Positions 42,428 to 57,283 of a DNA stretch of 64,000 nt are shown here, one piece after another. How positions within the stretch are numbered: the first letter of the stretch is position 1; each line of letters opens with the position of its first letter. Under the pieces are notes generated by a model. That model saw nothing but the letters and a program-made list of their open reading frames with translations. It did no database searches and was not told the DNA's origin. The stretch lies in contig OX597828.1 of assembly GCA_951406725.2 (NCBI GenBank), positions 15,562,001 through 15,626,000 of the forward strand. The letters are read 5' to 3'. Made by a program: the position numbers and the translations under genes. This stretch comes from Octopus vulgaris. Its lineage: Eukaryota.

Positions 42428-42901
42428 CAAGCTGGCTGACTCGTTAAGTACACCGACAAAAATAAAATGCTTACTGGGATTTCGTCCGTGTGTACGTTCC
42501 GAGTTCAAATTCCGCTGTGGTCGACTTTGCCTTTCATAATTTGTGGATCGATAAAATAAGTCCCAGCTGAATACTGAGGTCGATGTAATCAACTTGACCC
42601 CTCCCTTGAAATTGTTTGCCTTGTTCCAAAAATTTGAAGCCAACAAGTTAAGACAGCGCAGGAACTTCTAAGGCAGCGACCTGGCAGAAACGTTAGCACG
42701 CCGGGCGAAATGCTAAGCGGTATTTCGTCTGCCGCTGCGTTCTGAGTTCAAATTCCGCCGAGGTCGACTTTGCCTTTCATCCTTTCGGGGTCGATAAATT
42801 AAGTACCAGTTACGCACTGGGGTCGATGTAATCGACTTAATACCTATGTCTGTCATTGTTTGTCCCCTCTGTGTTTAGCCCCTTGTGGGTAATAAAGAAA
42901 T
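42428..42901 (+). mobile_element. Two SINE group C copies
   Basis: The second copy (42671-42901) has TSD AGGA(A/T)CTTCTA. Confidence 0.85.
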
Positions 42902-42968
42902 AGGATCTTCTACGTGACTGCCCGATCTGCTAACGATAAGCAACTAAATTACACCCAAGAATCTAAAG

Positions 42969-43159
42969 CAGTGATTCTCAACCAGGGTCCACGTGAGCCT
43001 TTGGGGTTTATATAAGATTTCGTTGTTAGAATTTATGTGCAATAAATTGGTTATACTTCTGCGGTACACAAAATATAGCGGGATTTTTTAAAACCTCGAA
43101 TAACTATGGGGGTCCAGTCGAGTAAAACAGGAATCAAAGGGGCCTATAAGAAAAAAATG
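42969..43159 (+). mobile_element. hAT MITE inserted in a group E repeat
   Basis: CAGTGATTCTCAACCAGG terminus; 8-bp (A/G)TCTAAAG duplication at 42961-68 and 43160-67; right TIR mostly lost. Confidence 0.7.
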
Positions 43160-43543
43160 GTCTAAAGAAAAAAAAATGGAAGGAGACGTTAGATAATGTA
43201 GTCCAAGACATACAAAATAAGACGAGATAGTCTCGGATGGAATGATTTTGATCATATGCCCAGTGGATCAGGGATAATCTGTGGCTGAGCAACTACAATA
43301 GCCATAGTACCAAAATTATAAATTATTGTACAGTTTTGAATGAAGAGATCTATGATCAAAGACAGTCCACTTACCCATATTTTGCATACCTAGAAATACA
43401 TTTTTTTAAACTCCTGTTCATTGGTAAAATTAAATTTAAGGGTTATTTTTTTTTTCTGTAACGACCATATAACATTTTGTGAAGATTCACTGAATGAGGA
43501 CGTTAATTCTCAAAAGCATGATCAAAGACAAACCAAAGTACAT

Positions 43544-43577
<34 letters not shown>

Positions 43578-43995
43578 AGGCATACACACACACATATATA
43601 CACATACATATACATATATATACATAACTTCAAATATATATAAATGTACATATACATACATACACACATACATACATGATGAGATGAACGTATCCGACGT
43701 GTGTGTATAACTGAGTTATACACACACACACACACATATCCATGTACGTATATTCCATAATTGCACATATGTGCACAAACGCACGCATACACTCTCATAC
43801 ACACACACTCACACACACACATACACACACACACACACACATACACACAAATGTTTGGTGATGTACACGGGGAAAATAGAACTCAAGACATGAGTATCGT
43901 ACGTTGGCACTTATCAAAATTCGATGGTTGTTTTAGCACGAAACTCTAGACCTTTGAGTCACTCTGTTACTTCTGCCAATTATTAATGAAGCACG

Positions 43996-44066
<71 letters not shown>

Positions 44067-45647
44067 TTAACACGTGTATAAATATGCGTATGAGTTTGTG
44101 TGCCTGGGTATCATAATTAATAGACATACGTTTACATAAAAACGTCTCCTCCTCTCGTCTCCACAAACCAAAACACAAACACAGGCAAACATATGCTTTA
44201 TATCTACATCTGTAATCAAATATCCACATATACGTTTATAGAAGCATATCAATCATACTTTCAAACTAACATAGAGCAATACTGAGGTTCGTGTTAACAC
44301 ATTTAAAGCCGGGAGCGAGCATTAAAAAGCTATAAACATACATATAGAGCAAACCATTTTAGTGTTTTAATGAAATTGGAATGACTGCTAGGCAGATCAA
44401 AGATGCATACACGTACATAAATGCACAAATATGCACCGACCTACATACATGCACACTTACCTACATACGTACTTCCCCTCCCTCCCTCCTTACCTATCTA
44501 CCCACCATATGTACATGTACACACACACACACGCGCGCGCGCGTACATACGTTTTATAATTGATGCTATTTGAAATAAAGTTTCTACTTCTTCCAAACAT
44601 TTTAATGAGCAGCTGTCACAGACGGAAAATGAATAAAATGTGTGTATAACGATGTTGCAAACATTTATCAAACAATTTATTTATCTATTCATTCAATTTA
44701 AAAACGTAAAACGACATCTTTGCACGATAATACTTTAACTTTCTAACTCAATTTTCAACGTCGGCGACCGAACCGGATTTAGCAATATCTATCTTTTTAA
44801 TGTTCATGTTTTTGTCATTTTGTGTAATAAACTCTATCTTTATTGCATTTTGTTTCTGTATGTAAAATATCTACGTACATTAATATATTTAAACGAAGTC
44901 AATCTACTGCACTATAAATAATAATAGCTGGGAGGAAATTATGATATCGTATGTTTATCTTACTTAACTTCTTTTTTTTTTTTCCGGAGCCGCGTAACCA
45001 GTTATGTTGCTTTTAGCCTTCCGTAGCATGAACCTGCCTGCTGCTGAGAGAATATCGTTAGAAGTAACTTTATTTTTGTTCCTCTTTGGTGATAGTCAGA
45101 GTAAGACATTCAGTCCCGAAAATTGCGCGAATCTACGCATTAAACGCGCGAAAGCTTGACAGGGTCGCCACATGAGTAATTTACAGTTCTGATGATACAC
45201 GTCACTGTTTTCTTGTAATATTTTTTCGCGGAATTTTTTCTATATTTTTATCTCACTCTCTCTCTCTTTCTCACCCTACTCGCTTTTTTTTTAAAGAGGT
45301 GTTTTATCTGGCAGTAATCGTTATTATAAACGTGTTAATTAATATACAAAGAGGAAGAAAATAAAGAAACCGTTTTCGTTCTATATCATACTTAGTTTAC
45401 ATGAAAGACGAACTTTAAAAGAAAGCGGGCTTCTATTAAAACACACACACACACGCACCCACAAAACTAACCTTTTATCGGCTTGACCTTTTTTTTTTTA
45501 AACTTAGCAAGTGGCTTTAACTTAATCTGTTTATTGTGTTTTGCTCCTGTGTACTTGTAACTTCAACAATACACGAAGCTATTTTTGTTTGTTTTTATGT
45601 GTGAATACGTATTGGATTCTTGTGAATGTCACTTCGAAACACGTAAT

Positions 45648-45710
<63 letters not shown>

Positions 45711-45715
45711 CTCTA

Positions 45716-45783
<68 letters not shown>

Positions 45784-45806
45784 TCGTTATGACACACACA
45801 CACACA

Positions 45807-45853
<47 letters not shown>

Positions 45854-46834
45854 CCATTTTCTGTATCTATTTATTTAGTTTTCCTTATAATCTCCACATT
45901 ATATTTCAACACATTTTCTGAATAAAAATATACTTCCGAATAACTAATATATTTTTTTATACTGTCAAACATGTACAAAGAATCGTTGTTCGACTAAAAG
46001 AAGAAGAAAAAAAAATGCTTTAAAAAATTAATTATTTAATTACAGAAAAGAAATTTAATTATTCAGAAGAGTAATTAATCTCTAGTTATTGTTTATTTCA
46101 TGAAATTAATAACTTATAAATTTGAAAATAGAATATAGAAAAAGGAAGAAAAAATATCCCCCCCCCCACACACACTAATAAAATATTAAATCTGCCAGTT
46201 CACATTTAAAGTAGAATTTATCAAAGAGGAAGATGACAAAGATTTCTATGAAATTATATTTTCATTTACTCGAGTGCGTAGAAAGGATCCTTGGTCTTTT
46301 ACGGAGTTTTGTAACCAGCATTTAAAAGTCGTGAAAACACGTTTTAAAAAATTATACAAATATCTGATTAGTGTTTGGTTTTAATTAGTTTTGCATTAAC
46401 TAACAACCAAAAAAACTATTTAAAAGCAACTAACTACTAACTGATTTAATTCAACAATGTTTTATCTTCACGAATCAGATGTTAAATGCGTAGTATTAAC
46501 CTAATATTTGTTCGAAGACAGAGAGAGAAATGCAGAAAGGGAGAAAGAGACCCATTGAAAAAGCGATGGTCGTTCACAAGCAGTAAGTAGAAAGAGTGTT
46601 GTGAGCAATATGCGATATAAAGATACCTATTTATACTCTCGTATATTATCGATTCACCCCTTCACCCTTTTTTTTTAATATATCGATTTCACGTTGGAAA
46701 GTTATCGGTTTATATCAAACATAAACAGAAGCTATGATTACGTACGACGCCCATTTTTTTTCAGTCGTCATTTTATGTTTATAAAAATCCTTAGAATCTA
46801 ATTTCGATCAGCTACACGCGCATTCACACATTTC

Positions 46835-46869
<35 letters not shown>

Positions 46870-46961
46870 TCACACACACACATTTATACACAGACAAAAG
46901 CATGTAGTATATCACATAAACAACGAAACTACGTAGTCACAACACATTCGTATACACACTT

Positions 46962-47013
<52 letters not shown>

Positions 47014-47319
47014 TTTCTCTCCTATACACACTCTCTCTTTTTCTCCCTCTGTCTTTCACGTTCGCACAACAACGTTGCACATACAGATAAGAGCAGCCAG
47101 CGATACATACCTACACAACCACAAAACCACACACATCCACATAAACTCACATTCACTTTCTCCTCTCGCACACACAGACACACAAATTGCGGACGAGCGC
47201 AAAGTGTGACATAGTTACAACACGTTTCTGGTAATTACACAGTCACGCACTCAATTGTGCACGCGTACAGACACACACACACACATGAATATACGTTTGT
47301 TCATGTGTCTATCTAACTG

Positions 47320-47398
<79 letters not shown>

Positions 47399-47407
47399 GT
47401 CTCTCTG

Positions 47408-47508
<101 letters not shown>

Positions 47509-47746
47509 TCTCGCACTTTTTCTCTAACTATCTCTCCCTTTCTTCTCTCCTATATAACTTAACTTATATATATATATATATATATATATACATTCATACA
47601 CGCTAAAACATACGGCTTTCAAGCACACACACACACGAACACACGAGAATGTACAGAAAGACATTATCACTTAAACATGCAACGCAGTCATATAAGCATA
47701 TTATGCAATCTAGACGCACAAACACATGTGCGTATGCATGTATGCT

Positions 47747-47787
<41 letters not shown>

Positions 47788-47788
<1 letters not shown>

Positions 47789-47930
47789 TTTATTTAAAAG
47801 CAGCAGAAATTTAACAAAAGCTGTTACTCGGAGTAAATTTCTGCTGCTTTTAAATAAAGCATATTACTCTACCTCTGGTATTTGAGTACTCTTTTTTCCA
47901 CCTTGTTTCACATTTATGTGTTTACTCCGG

Positions 47931-47935
<5 letters not shown>
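47788..47935. mobile_element. Short element in (TA)n with a perfect 26-bp fold-back
   Basis: 47788-47813 is the reverse complement of 47834-47859; (TA)n on both flanks. Confidence 0.7.
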
Positions 47936-48010
<75 letters not shown>

Positions 48011-48106
48011 GGGTGCGTGTGTGTCATTGGCTCTACATATTTGTGTGTGTGTGTGCGCGCGCGCGTATTCACACATATTTATATTAATACATACACACAT
48101 AACCCC

Positions 48107-48178
<72 letters not shown>

Positions 48179-48187
48179 TATATATAT

Positions 48188-48307
<120 letters not shown>

Positions 48308-48462
48308 AGAGAGAGAGAGAGAGAAAGAGAGAGATGCATACACACGTCCACACATACTGAACACGCCCGTACAAGCATTCACTATGAAACGTAATTAAAA
48401 CGAATGAGAGAGGCAGCGGCTAATTATTCGCTCAGTTCAACACCACAACACACACGCAATCG

Positions 48463-48504
<42 letters not shown>

Positions 48505-48753
48505 TACACACAAACACATATGTACACACAGACTCACATACATACATACTCTCTGTCTGTCTGTCTGTCTCTCTCTCTCATTCGTAAACGCACAAATAAA
48601 ACACTCACTCAAACATTACAACATACACACAGTAACACGTACTTATAACATCGTCACACACGGCTGTTAACTGGAATTTTGATTTTTCCGATAATACAAG
48701 AACTCCCTGGGAAAATGTTGATGTCATAAAAATAACGTAAAGTTTCATTATAG

Positions 48754-48791
<38 letters not shown>

Positions 48792-49075
48792 TACATTATG
48801 TATATATATGTATGCATTATGTATATATATGTATGCATTATGTATATATATGTATGTATGTATGTATGTATTTGTAACATATATTGAATATACTAATCAT
48901 GTTTGTATACATGCGTGTACGTATAGATATAAGCATGTATATATATATATATATTATATATATACATGTATGTATGTATATATATATACATGTATGTATA
49001 TATATATATATATACATACATGTATATATATACATGTATGTATGTATGTGTGTTTGTATACAAGCATGTGTATAG

Positions 49076-49141
<66 letters not shown>

Positions 49142-49164
49142 TGTATGTACGTTTGTATACATAC

Positions 49165-49257
<93 letters not shown>

Positions 49258-49307
49258 CATAGAAACATACATACATTTATACATATATATACACATGTAT
49301 GTACACA

Positions 49308-49363
<56 letters not shown>

Positions 49364-49680
49364 AACATGTATACAAACATACACGCACACATACATACAT
49401 ACATACATACATACATACATACATACATACATGCGAGTTCGTATGTGAATTTGTTGTTTGTATAAGGTAGGTAGTTTTTTGTTTTTTTTTGCTTATCCTT
49501 TTTTTTTTTTTTTTGTTTCGTCAATTTTTTTGTTCTCCTCCCATAAATATAGATAAGTCAATATCAGAAATGTAAAGCGTAACATAAACGAAACTAGATA
49601 AAACCCATTAAAGGCGAGGTAACCTCATCAAGATTCTGGTTATATTAGTTTTGAAGGTCTTTCGTTCTGATTACAATCAC

Positions 49681-49744
<64 letters not shown>

Positions 49745-49815
49745 ACTACTACTACTACTACTACTACTATTATTATTATTATTATTATTATTCTTATAAC
49801 TACTACTACTACTAC

Positions 49816-49861
<46 letters not shown>

Positions 49862-49884
49862 ACTACTACTACTACTACTACTAC

Positions 49885-49921
<37 letters not shown>

Positions 49922-49941
49922 ACTACTACTACTACTACTAC

Positions 49942-49990
<49 letters not shown>

Positions 49991-50010
49991 ACTACTACTA
50001 CTACTACTAC

Positions 50011-50058
<48 letters not shown>

Positions 50059-50125
50059 CATTGTTATTGTTATTATTATTATTATTATTATTATTTTCAT
50101 TATTATTAATAGTAGTAGTAATAGT
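49681..50125. repeat. (TAT)n/(TAC)n higher-order repeat
   Basis: Five TATAAC(TAC)n(TAT)n units of about 60 bp. Confidence 0.95.
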
Positions 50126-50148
50126 TGTAGTAGTTTGAACATTGTGGG

Positions 50149-50152
<4 letters not shown>

Positions 50153-50190
<38 letters not shown>

Positions 50191-50208
50191 AGGGAAAGGG
50201 AGGCAGAT

Positions 50209-50244
<36 letters not shown>

Positions 50245-50373
50245 TGTGAGAGAAATAATACGTGTGTTGTGTATGTTTGAGAAAGGATTAAAGCAAGGAG
50301 AGAGAGAGAAAAGAGAAGTGTATGTATGAAAAAGAGAGTGAACGAAGAGAAAGTGTGTTAATGAGAAAAATAG

Positions 50374-50405
<32 letters not shown>

Positions 50406-50905
50406 CGAGAGCGAGAGAGACTATATGAGTGTGTTAGAGTGGGAAAGTGAAAGAGGTTGTATGGGAGAGACAATATATATAGAGCGATAAGGAGATAGTG
50501 AGAACGATAGAAAAAGTGCGTCTACTACGTGTATGGGAGAAAGGATTGAGTGTTTGAAAGAGGGAAAGATAGAGAGTGAGAGAAAGAGAGAGAAAGGCAT
50601 ACAGAGAAAGAAAGAGAGAGAGAGAGGGGGTGACGAGGAGAAAATGAGAGAGTATTGGCGACGAGAGAACCTGTGAGTTTGAGTGAGGAAATGAAAGAGG
50701 TTGTGTGTGTGTTAGAGAAAGAAAAGATATAGAGCAATTGAGAGAGAGAGAGAGAGAGAAGGGAGAAAGAGAGAGAAAATTGAGGGGAGAAAGGGAGATA
50801 GAGGGGAGAAAGAGGGATAGAGTGAGAGACAGAGAGAGAGAGAGAGAGAGAGCGAATCAACGAATGTGTGTATGAGAAAAATGTTTGAGAGAGAAGCAGA
50901 TAGAT

Positions 50906-50939
<34 letters not shown>

Positions 50940-51322
50940 TGAGAGAGAGAGAGATACAGATAGATAGATAAATAAATAGATAAATAAATAAATAAATATA
51001 TGGATAAATAGAGAAAGAGAGAGAGAGAAAGTGAGAGAGAGAGAGAGAAGAAAGGAAAGCGATGAGAAAGTGCTTAGCGAGAAAGTGTGTTGCTGTGTGT
51101 GTGTGTGTGCGCGCGCGCGCAATAGAAAGTGAAAGAGACTCTGTGAAAGAAAACGGTATAAGATCGATAGACAGATAGAGAGACAAATATAGAAAGAGAG
51201 ACAGAAAAAGAGAGAAGAAAGAAGGGAGCGATCGATCGATAGACAGATAAAGAGATAAATACACAGAGAGTGAGAGAGAGAGAGAGAGAGAGAGACAGTG
51301 AGAGAGAGAGAGAAAGAGAGAG
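50153..51322. repeat. GA-rich low-complexity tract
   Basis: (GA)n and (GATA)n interspersed over 1.2 kb. Confidence 0.9.
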
Positions 51323-51494
51323 AGGTAGTTAGGTAGATTCGTGTTCGCTTTTCTTCATTTCATTTGATGCCCAAGCTATGCGTTCGTAGGTTTAGAATTT
51401 CGTGTTGAAAATTATTTAGTTTATTATGTATACTCTTGGATTTTTACAACATTCACACACACACACACGTACACTGTTGTCTCTCTCTCTCTCA

Positions 51495-51525
<31 letters not shown>

Positions 51526-51663
51526 ACATACACACACACACTCTCTCTCTATGTTTGTTATTATTGATTTCCTCCCCCTCCCCACCTCTTCTTCCCTCTC
51601 AAATCACCCAGCTGTAATTAGTAAGTATATTGCGTCTGATACGACTAATGACGTGACGACTAA

Positions 51664-51695
<32 letters not shown>

Positions 51696-52129
51696 CACTA
51701 CCACTACCACCACCACCACCACTACTACTACTATTACTACTACTACTGGTTGTGGTGGTGGTGATTGTGCGTGAAGTAAAGAAAACCAAGCTGCTGCTGC
51801 TGCCGCTGCTGCTGCTGCTATCGCTGCCGCCGCCTCCGTTGCTGCTACTGCTACTGCTGCTGCTGCCGCTGCTGCTGCTACTACTGGTGTGTTTTAACAA
51901 CTGAAAGATACTGATTCATTTTAACAACAACGACAATAACACTTCTCTGACGACTGCTGCTACCAAGGAAACCGCCATAACTTCGTAACTTTGGTTTCTT
52001 TTGACACAAGACACGAGAAGACATCAATTTATTTATTTATTTATTCATTTATCTATTTATTTATCTATTTATTTATTTGTGTTTGTCATATTTGTTTATC
52101 TGTGTCACTGTTGTGTTGATCGTTTTTAT

Positions 52130-52700
52130 CATATAAATCGTTTTAGTCAAAGCGTTGCGGCCATGCTGGGGCACCGCCTTGAGGAATTTTGATCGAACAA
52201 ATCCACCCCAGTATTCTTTTTTTAAAGTCTGGTACTGTCGGTCGCTTTTCCCGAATCATTAAGTCACGGGAACGTAAGCACGCCAACACCGGTTGCCAAA
52301 CGGTGGTGGTGGGCGAAATACACACACACACACTCACACATTCATATATATACATGACGGGCTTCTTTCAGTTTCCGCCTACCAAATCCACTCCCAAGGC
52401 TTTGGGCGACCCGAGGCTATAGTAGAACACACTGGACTAAGGTGTCACGCAGTGGGACTGAACCTGGAACCATGTAGTTGGGAAGTAAACTTCTTACCAC
52501 TTCGTTTTTATCATCTAATTTGTTTCAGTCATAGGTCTGCGGCCATGCTGGGGCAATGCCTTGAAGGATTTCAGTCCAATAAATCGACTCCAGTATTTAT
52601 GATTAAAAAAAAAATGTATGGTGCTAATTCTATCGGTGTGTTTTGCCGAACCGTTAAGTTACGAGGACGTAAACAAAACAACATCGGTTAACAAACAGTG
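52130..52700 (-). mobile_element. Older SINE group A copy plus an extra tail fragment
   Basis: A head and tail motifs. Confidence 0.75.
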
Positions 52701-53127
52701 AGTGGAAAAACTCATTTTAAAATAGCAACGGTAATCACCAAACTTTAAGCGAATACGTTGGTAAAGAACTTTTATTTTATATCCTTAACTTTTTGTTGCA
52801 TTTTTGTTTGTAAGCCCCTGATGAGGGCCCGTCAGACAAACATACGACTAAAGGGATTCTGACTATGCCCAGTCTTGCAGGACCGCCTCAACAACACTAT
52901 AAGTCTCCGACGAAACAATATCCTGGGGCCACTATAAACACAATTACACCATACGTAGATTTGCATTAGGTTCCGGTGTCCCTATACTTCCAGGCGGCAC
53001 TGCCTGCCTGTTCTCTTGTATATATAGGACAAAGGGTCGGATTAAAGCCAAATGTTGCCATGAGCATGGTCCAGCAGCATCTCCCTTGTGTATTTAAAAA
53101 AAAAATTGTTAAGACTATATTGCTGTA

Positions 53128-53548
53128 ATTGGTTTCAAATTTTGGCACAATGCCTGCAATTTTGGGGGAGGGGTAAGTCGATGACATAGGCCCCTGTGTT
53201 CAACTGGTACTTTATTTCATCGACCCCGAAAAGATGGAAGGCAAATAGCGACCCTGGAGGCATTTGAACTCTGAAGATAAAGTCGGAAAAATACGGCAAT
53301 GAATTTTGTCTGGTGTGCTAACGAATTTGTCTGCTTGTCGCCTCCTATATAGAATTCTTTTCTACTCTAGGTAAAAGGTCCGAAATTTTAGGGGAGGGGG
53401 CAGTCGATTCGATCGACTCCAGTACGCAACTGGTAATTTATCGACCCCGAAAGGCAAAGTCGACCTCCGCGGAATTTTAACACAGAACGTAAAGACAGAC
53501 GAAATATCGCTATACATTTCGTCCGGCATGCTAACGTTTCTGCCACCT
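53128..53548 (-). mobile_element. Two SINE group C copies
   Basis: Reverse-complement C domain ATCGACCCCGAAAGG..CAAAGTCGACC. Confidence 0.75.
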
Positions 53549-53960
53549 GTATAACAGTAATTGATAATCAAATTCTTTACTTATGACTTGAACAAAAAGG
53601 CAAAGTCATAAATTTCCCAACTTCCTTTTTTTTTTTTTTTGGTGTTGGGACAGATTCAGCGGCATCATTTCCATCATGGTAAATCCAGCACTGTAAAAAT
53701 AGATAAAATAAATAAATAAAAATGTTGGGGTTCCACTTTTCCTTGATGTCCAAAGCACATGTTAATCTAGGCCTGTTCGAACTGCATTGTTCAACGTATC
53801 CTTCCTCTTTAGAAAGGCAGTAAGTTGTTGAACTAACGTGGGAGCTTCGATGGGAATGTTTGCTCTGCTGGGAAAAGGAGTCAACATTTCCTCAAATCAA
53901 ACCCCACCGTTTTGAAGAAGGAATGGCACACCGGATAATGTAATCTCTCTCCCTCCCTCC

Positions 53961-54003
<43 letters not shown>

Positions 54004-54668
54004 TGTGTGTATGTGTGAGTGAATGCTGTAAAAATCCAAGAGTATATATAATAAACACATACAAGCCGGATTGAATACTTTTGTCTAAAGAGGTCATCCC
54101 ATTAAAGGTTGATCTAGTGCTAAAAAGCAAGAAACAGTAACTTGTAATTTGAGGGAGATTTAGCAGCTGTTTCTTGCATATCGAGCGACCACGGAATACT
54201 GAACTGAAAAGAAAGTAGAGCATCGAACAAAATTTTTTGCGGTATTTAATTGCTACGCTTTACGTTCTAAGTTCAAATTCTGTTGCGGTCAACTTTGCTT
54301 TTCGTCCTTCTAGAATCGATTAAAAATAAACTGTCCATCAAGTGTTGCAGTTATTTAAATATTTCTGTAAATTGTTCTCAGTGCAAATGGAACTATACGA
54401 GAAGAATTACAAAAGAAGTCCAAGACAAAGAGCGTGGAGGAGTTTTCTCCCTGGTTCATTATGAGGTTGAAGTGTGATGAGAGTTATAGACCGAGGACTA
54501 CCGTCGCGAGGAGCCGAGTCAGGAAATCGGTTTCGATTCCTGATTGAAACCAGTTCACTTCCTTTATGTTGCTAACCCTATTCCCCGAGAAAGTATACTG
54601 GTCACATCATTCTGTTTATATATATCTTTAAATTTGTATCGACATATGTTATACCAGCCAGAAGTAAG

Positions 54669-55208
54669 GCGCGAGCTGGCAGACACGTTAGCACACCGGG
54701 CGAAATACTTAGCGGTATTTCGTCTGCCGTTACGTTCTGAGTTCAAATTTCGCCGAGGTCGACTTTGCCTTTTATCCTTTCGGGGTCGATTAAATAAGTA
54801 CCAGTTACGCACTGGAGTCGATGTAATCGACTTAATCCGTTTGTCTGTCCTTGTTTGTCCTCTCTGTGTTTAGCCCCTTGTGGGTAGTAAAGAAATAGGT
54901 ATTCCGTCTGACCCTACGCTCTGAGTTCAAATTCTGCCGAGGTCGACTTTGCCTTTTATCCTTTCGGCGTCGATTAAATAAGTACCAGTTACGCACTGAG
55001 GTCGATATAATTGATTTAATCCGTTTGTCTGTCCTTGTTTGCCCTGTCCGAGTTCAAATTCGCCGAGGTCAACTTTGGCTTTCATCCTTTCGGGGGTCGA
55101 TAAATTAAGTACCAGTTACGCACCGAAGTCGATGTAATCGACTTAATCCGTTTGCTTGTCCTTGTCTGTCCCCTCTGTGTTTAGCCCTTTGTTGGTAGTA
55201 AAGAATTA
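54669..55208 (+). mobile_element. SINE group C trimer with a single head
   Basis: Three tandem body units; AGAAGTAAG duplicated at 54660-68 and 55209-17. Confidence 0.85.
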
Positions 55209-56057
55209 AGAAGTAAGCGTACTAAAGAATATGACAAGAGTCGATGGCTTTGTTTTTAATTTTAGCGAACAAACTGTTCACTGATCAGTGTTGATATTTG
55301 CCAACCAATAATAAATCGCCACATGCAATATAAACAGCGAAGTCTGAAACAATGACATGCATATTTATTCTTATCACGTTCCAACAGATTCGAACGTAAA
55401 TATGCTAATCGCAAATAAGCTAATCGCGGTTGTGTTTAAGTAAGAAGTCAGTTATACAGACAAAACAACATTACTTAACATATCTCACACGTACACATAT
55501 ACACACACGTACACACGCATACTCTTATTCAAGAGTATGAAACAAACTATATAATAAAAAGAGGTTAAGCTGTGTAGATAAGGCATGTCAAACTGAAGGT
55601 CTGAATGCAGAGGTTACATGACAAGAAGTAAATATCTACATCTATATCTCGGCGTACAAATAAATATTCATTATCTGTTTGAGAAGCTATCAGCAAAAAG
55701 CACAAGAAACTATTGGTTTTCAATTATTATGATAATATGACGATAAAATAATTTCTCTGACAACAGAGAATTCTATGAGTATACACACTCGTTCGACACG
55801 CTAGATATTATAACGGCTAATACCAAAAAGGTCTCTCTTAAACTTTGCCCTGTTGTCTTCAAAAAGGTTGAATGTAATGGATGACTTAAACTTGGTTGTA
55901 ATAATTATTTCCACTATAGGCACAAGGCCTGCCGTTAGGGTGTGAGTGGGGAGAGGGTAGTCGATTCCGGTGCTCAACTGGTACTTATTTCGTCGACTCT
56001 GAACTTGTTGGATGAAAGACAAAGTCGACTGCGGCGGAATTTGAACTCAGAGTATTG

Positions 56058-56395
56058 AGAAGACCCCCTTCGGTCATGAATGACCATGGGATTGCACCTA
56101 GAAAATTACCCTTCGAGGCACAAGTCCGGGCAAGGTTGTTTATGGAAGGCCAGCAGTCACCCATGCATACCAGCCTCCCCTCTCCACGCCACCAGTGTTA
56201 TCCAAGGGAAAGGCAAAGGCCGATACAGTTTGGCACCTGTGATGTTGCAACTCATTTCAACAGCTGAGTGAACTGGAGCAACGTGAAATAAAGTGTCTTG
56301 CTCAAGAACACAACACGCAGCCCGGTCCAGGAATCGAACTCACAACCAAACGATTGTAATCTCGACGCTCTAACCACTGAGCCATGCGACTTCAC
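56058..56395 (-). mobile_element. SINE group B, tail type 7, nested in a group C copy (55908-56458)
   Basis: Closely similar to 59364-59695; tail ..TAGGTGCAATCCCATGGTCATTCATGACCGAAGGGGGTCT. Confidence 0.85.
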
Positions 56396-56655
56396 TGAGA
56401 GTATAAAGCCAGAAGAAAGTTGTTCGGCGTGCTAACGATCCTGCCAATTCAACCGCTTTTGTATTAGATATAATAATATGTCAGAAACAAAGATCTTCAA
56501 AGCCAGAACGAAGGCTTGGTGATGAAGATTCGTCAGAGAAACTTGTAGCAGTAGCTCCGGGGCTATGCACCTCGTAATTCGGTTGTCTGTCTATGTGAGA
56601 AGACCTCAAGCCTTGTGAGTGGATTTGGTAGACGGAGAGTGAAAAAGGCCCTGTC

Positions 56656-56717
<62 letters not shown>

Positions 56718-56719
<2 letters not shown>

Positions 56720-57175
56720 CCGAAAATGGGACAAGAACGCAAAACAACCAGACAGTTAGGCGATACAAAAAAGGACAACAAAACATCCAAACAGAAGATA
56801 CAAAGAAAACAAGGACTGGTCATTCGGAGTTGTCTTTCCTCAGTCGAGTTCCAGATTACCTTTGCAATTTCGGCTGTATCACCTAACTGTCTGGATGTTT
56901 TGGTTCTTGTCCCATTTTCGTATTTTTTATATATAAAAATATAGCCGCGTACGTACACTTTGGTCTCTTATATGTGACATCGTGTGTACCGTTGGCGATT
57001 TTTTTCCCTCTGTCTTCCCTTCTCTGGATCTTTCCTTCTCCTATGTTTCCGACGAAGAGCGCCACCCGAAACGTTAAACCTTCCTTCTTTCCTTCTTTCC
57101 TGAGCATCCAATAATACTATATTTGTTCCACGTCCTCGCGTTGTTGTGTTTTTTTGTGCTTTCTTATTTGGATTA

Positions 57176-57180
<5 letters not shown>
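56718..57180. mobile_element. Two adjacent Penelope pLTR-like fragments between (TA)n tracts
   Basis: Roughly 46-bp inverted repeat, 56721-56767 vs 56875-56920, enclosing a hammerhead 3' half (minus strand GAAA-TTGCaaagGTAA-TC); the second element has GTTT-CCGACGA-..-GAAA-CG-TT-AAAC at 57045-57079. Confidence 0.65.
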
Positions 57181-57228
<48 letters not shown>

Positions 57229-57239
57229 ATATGTATGTA

Positions 57240-57283
<44 letters not shown>

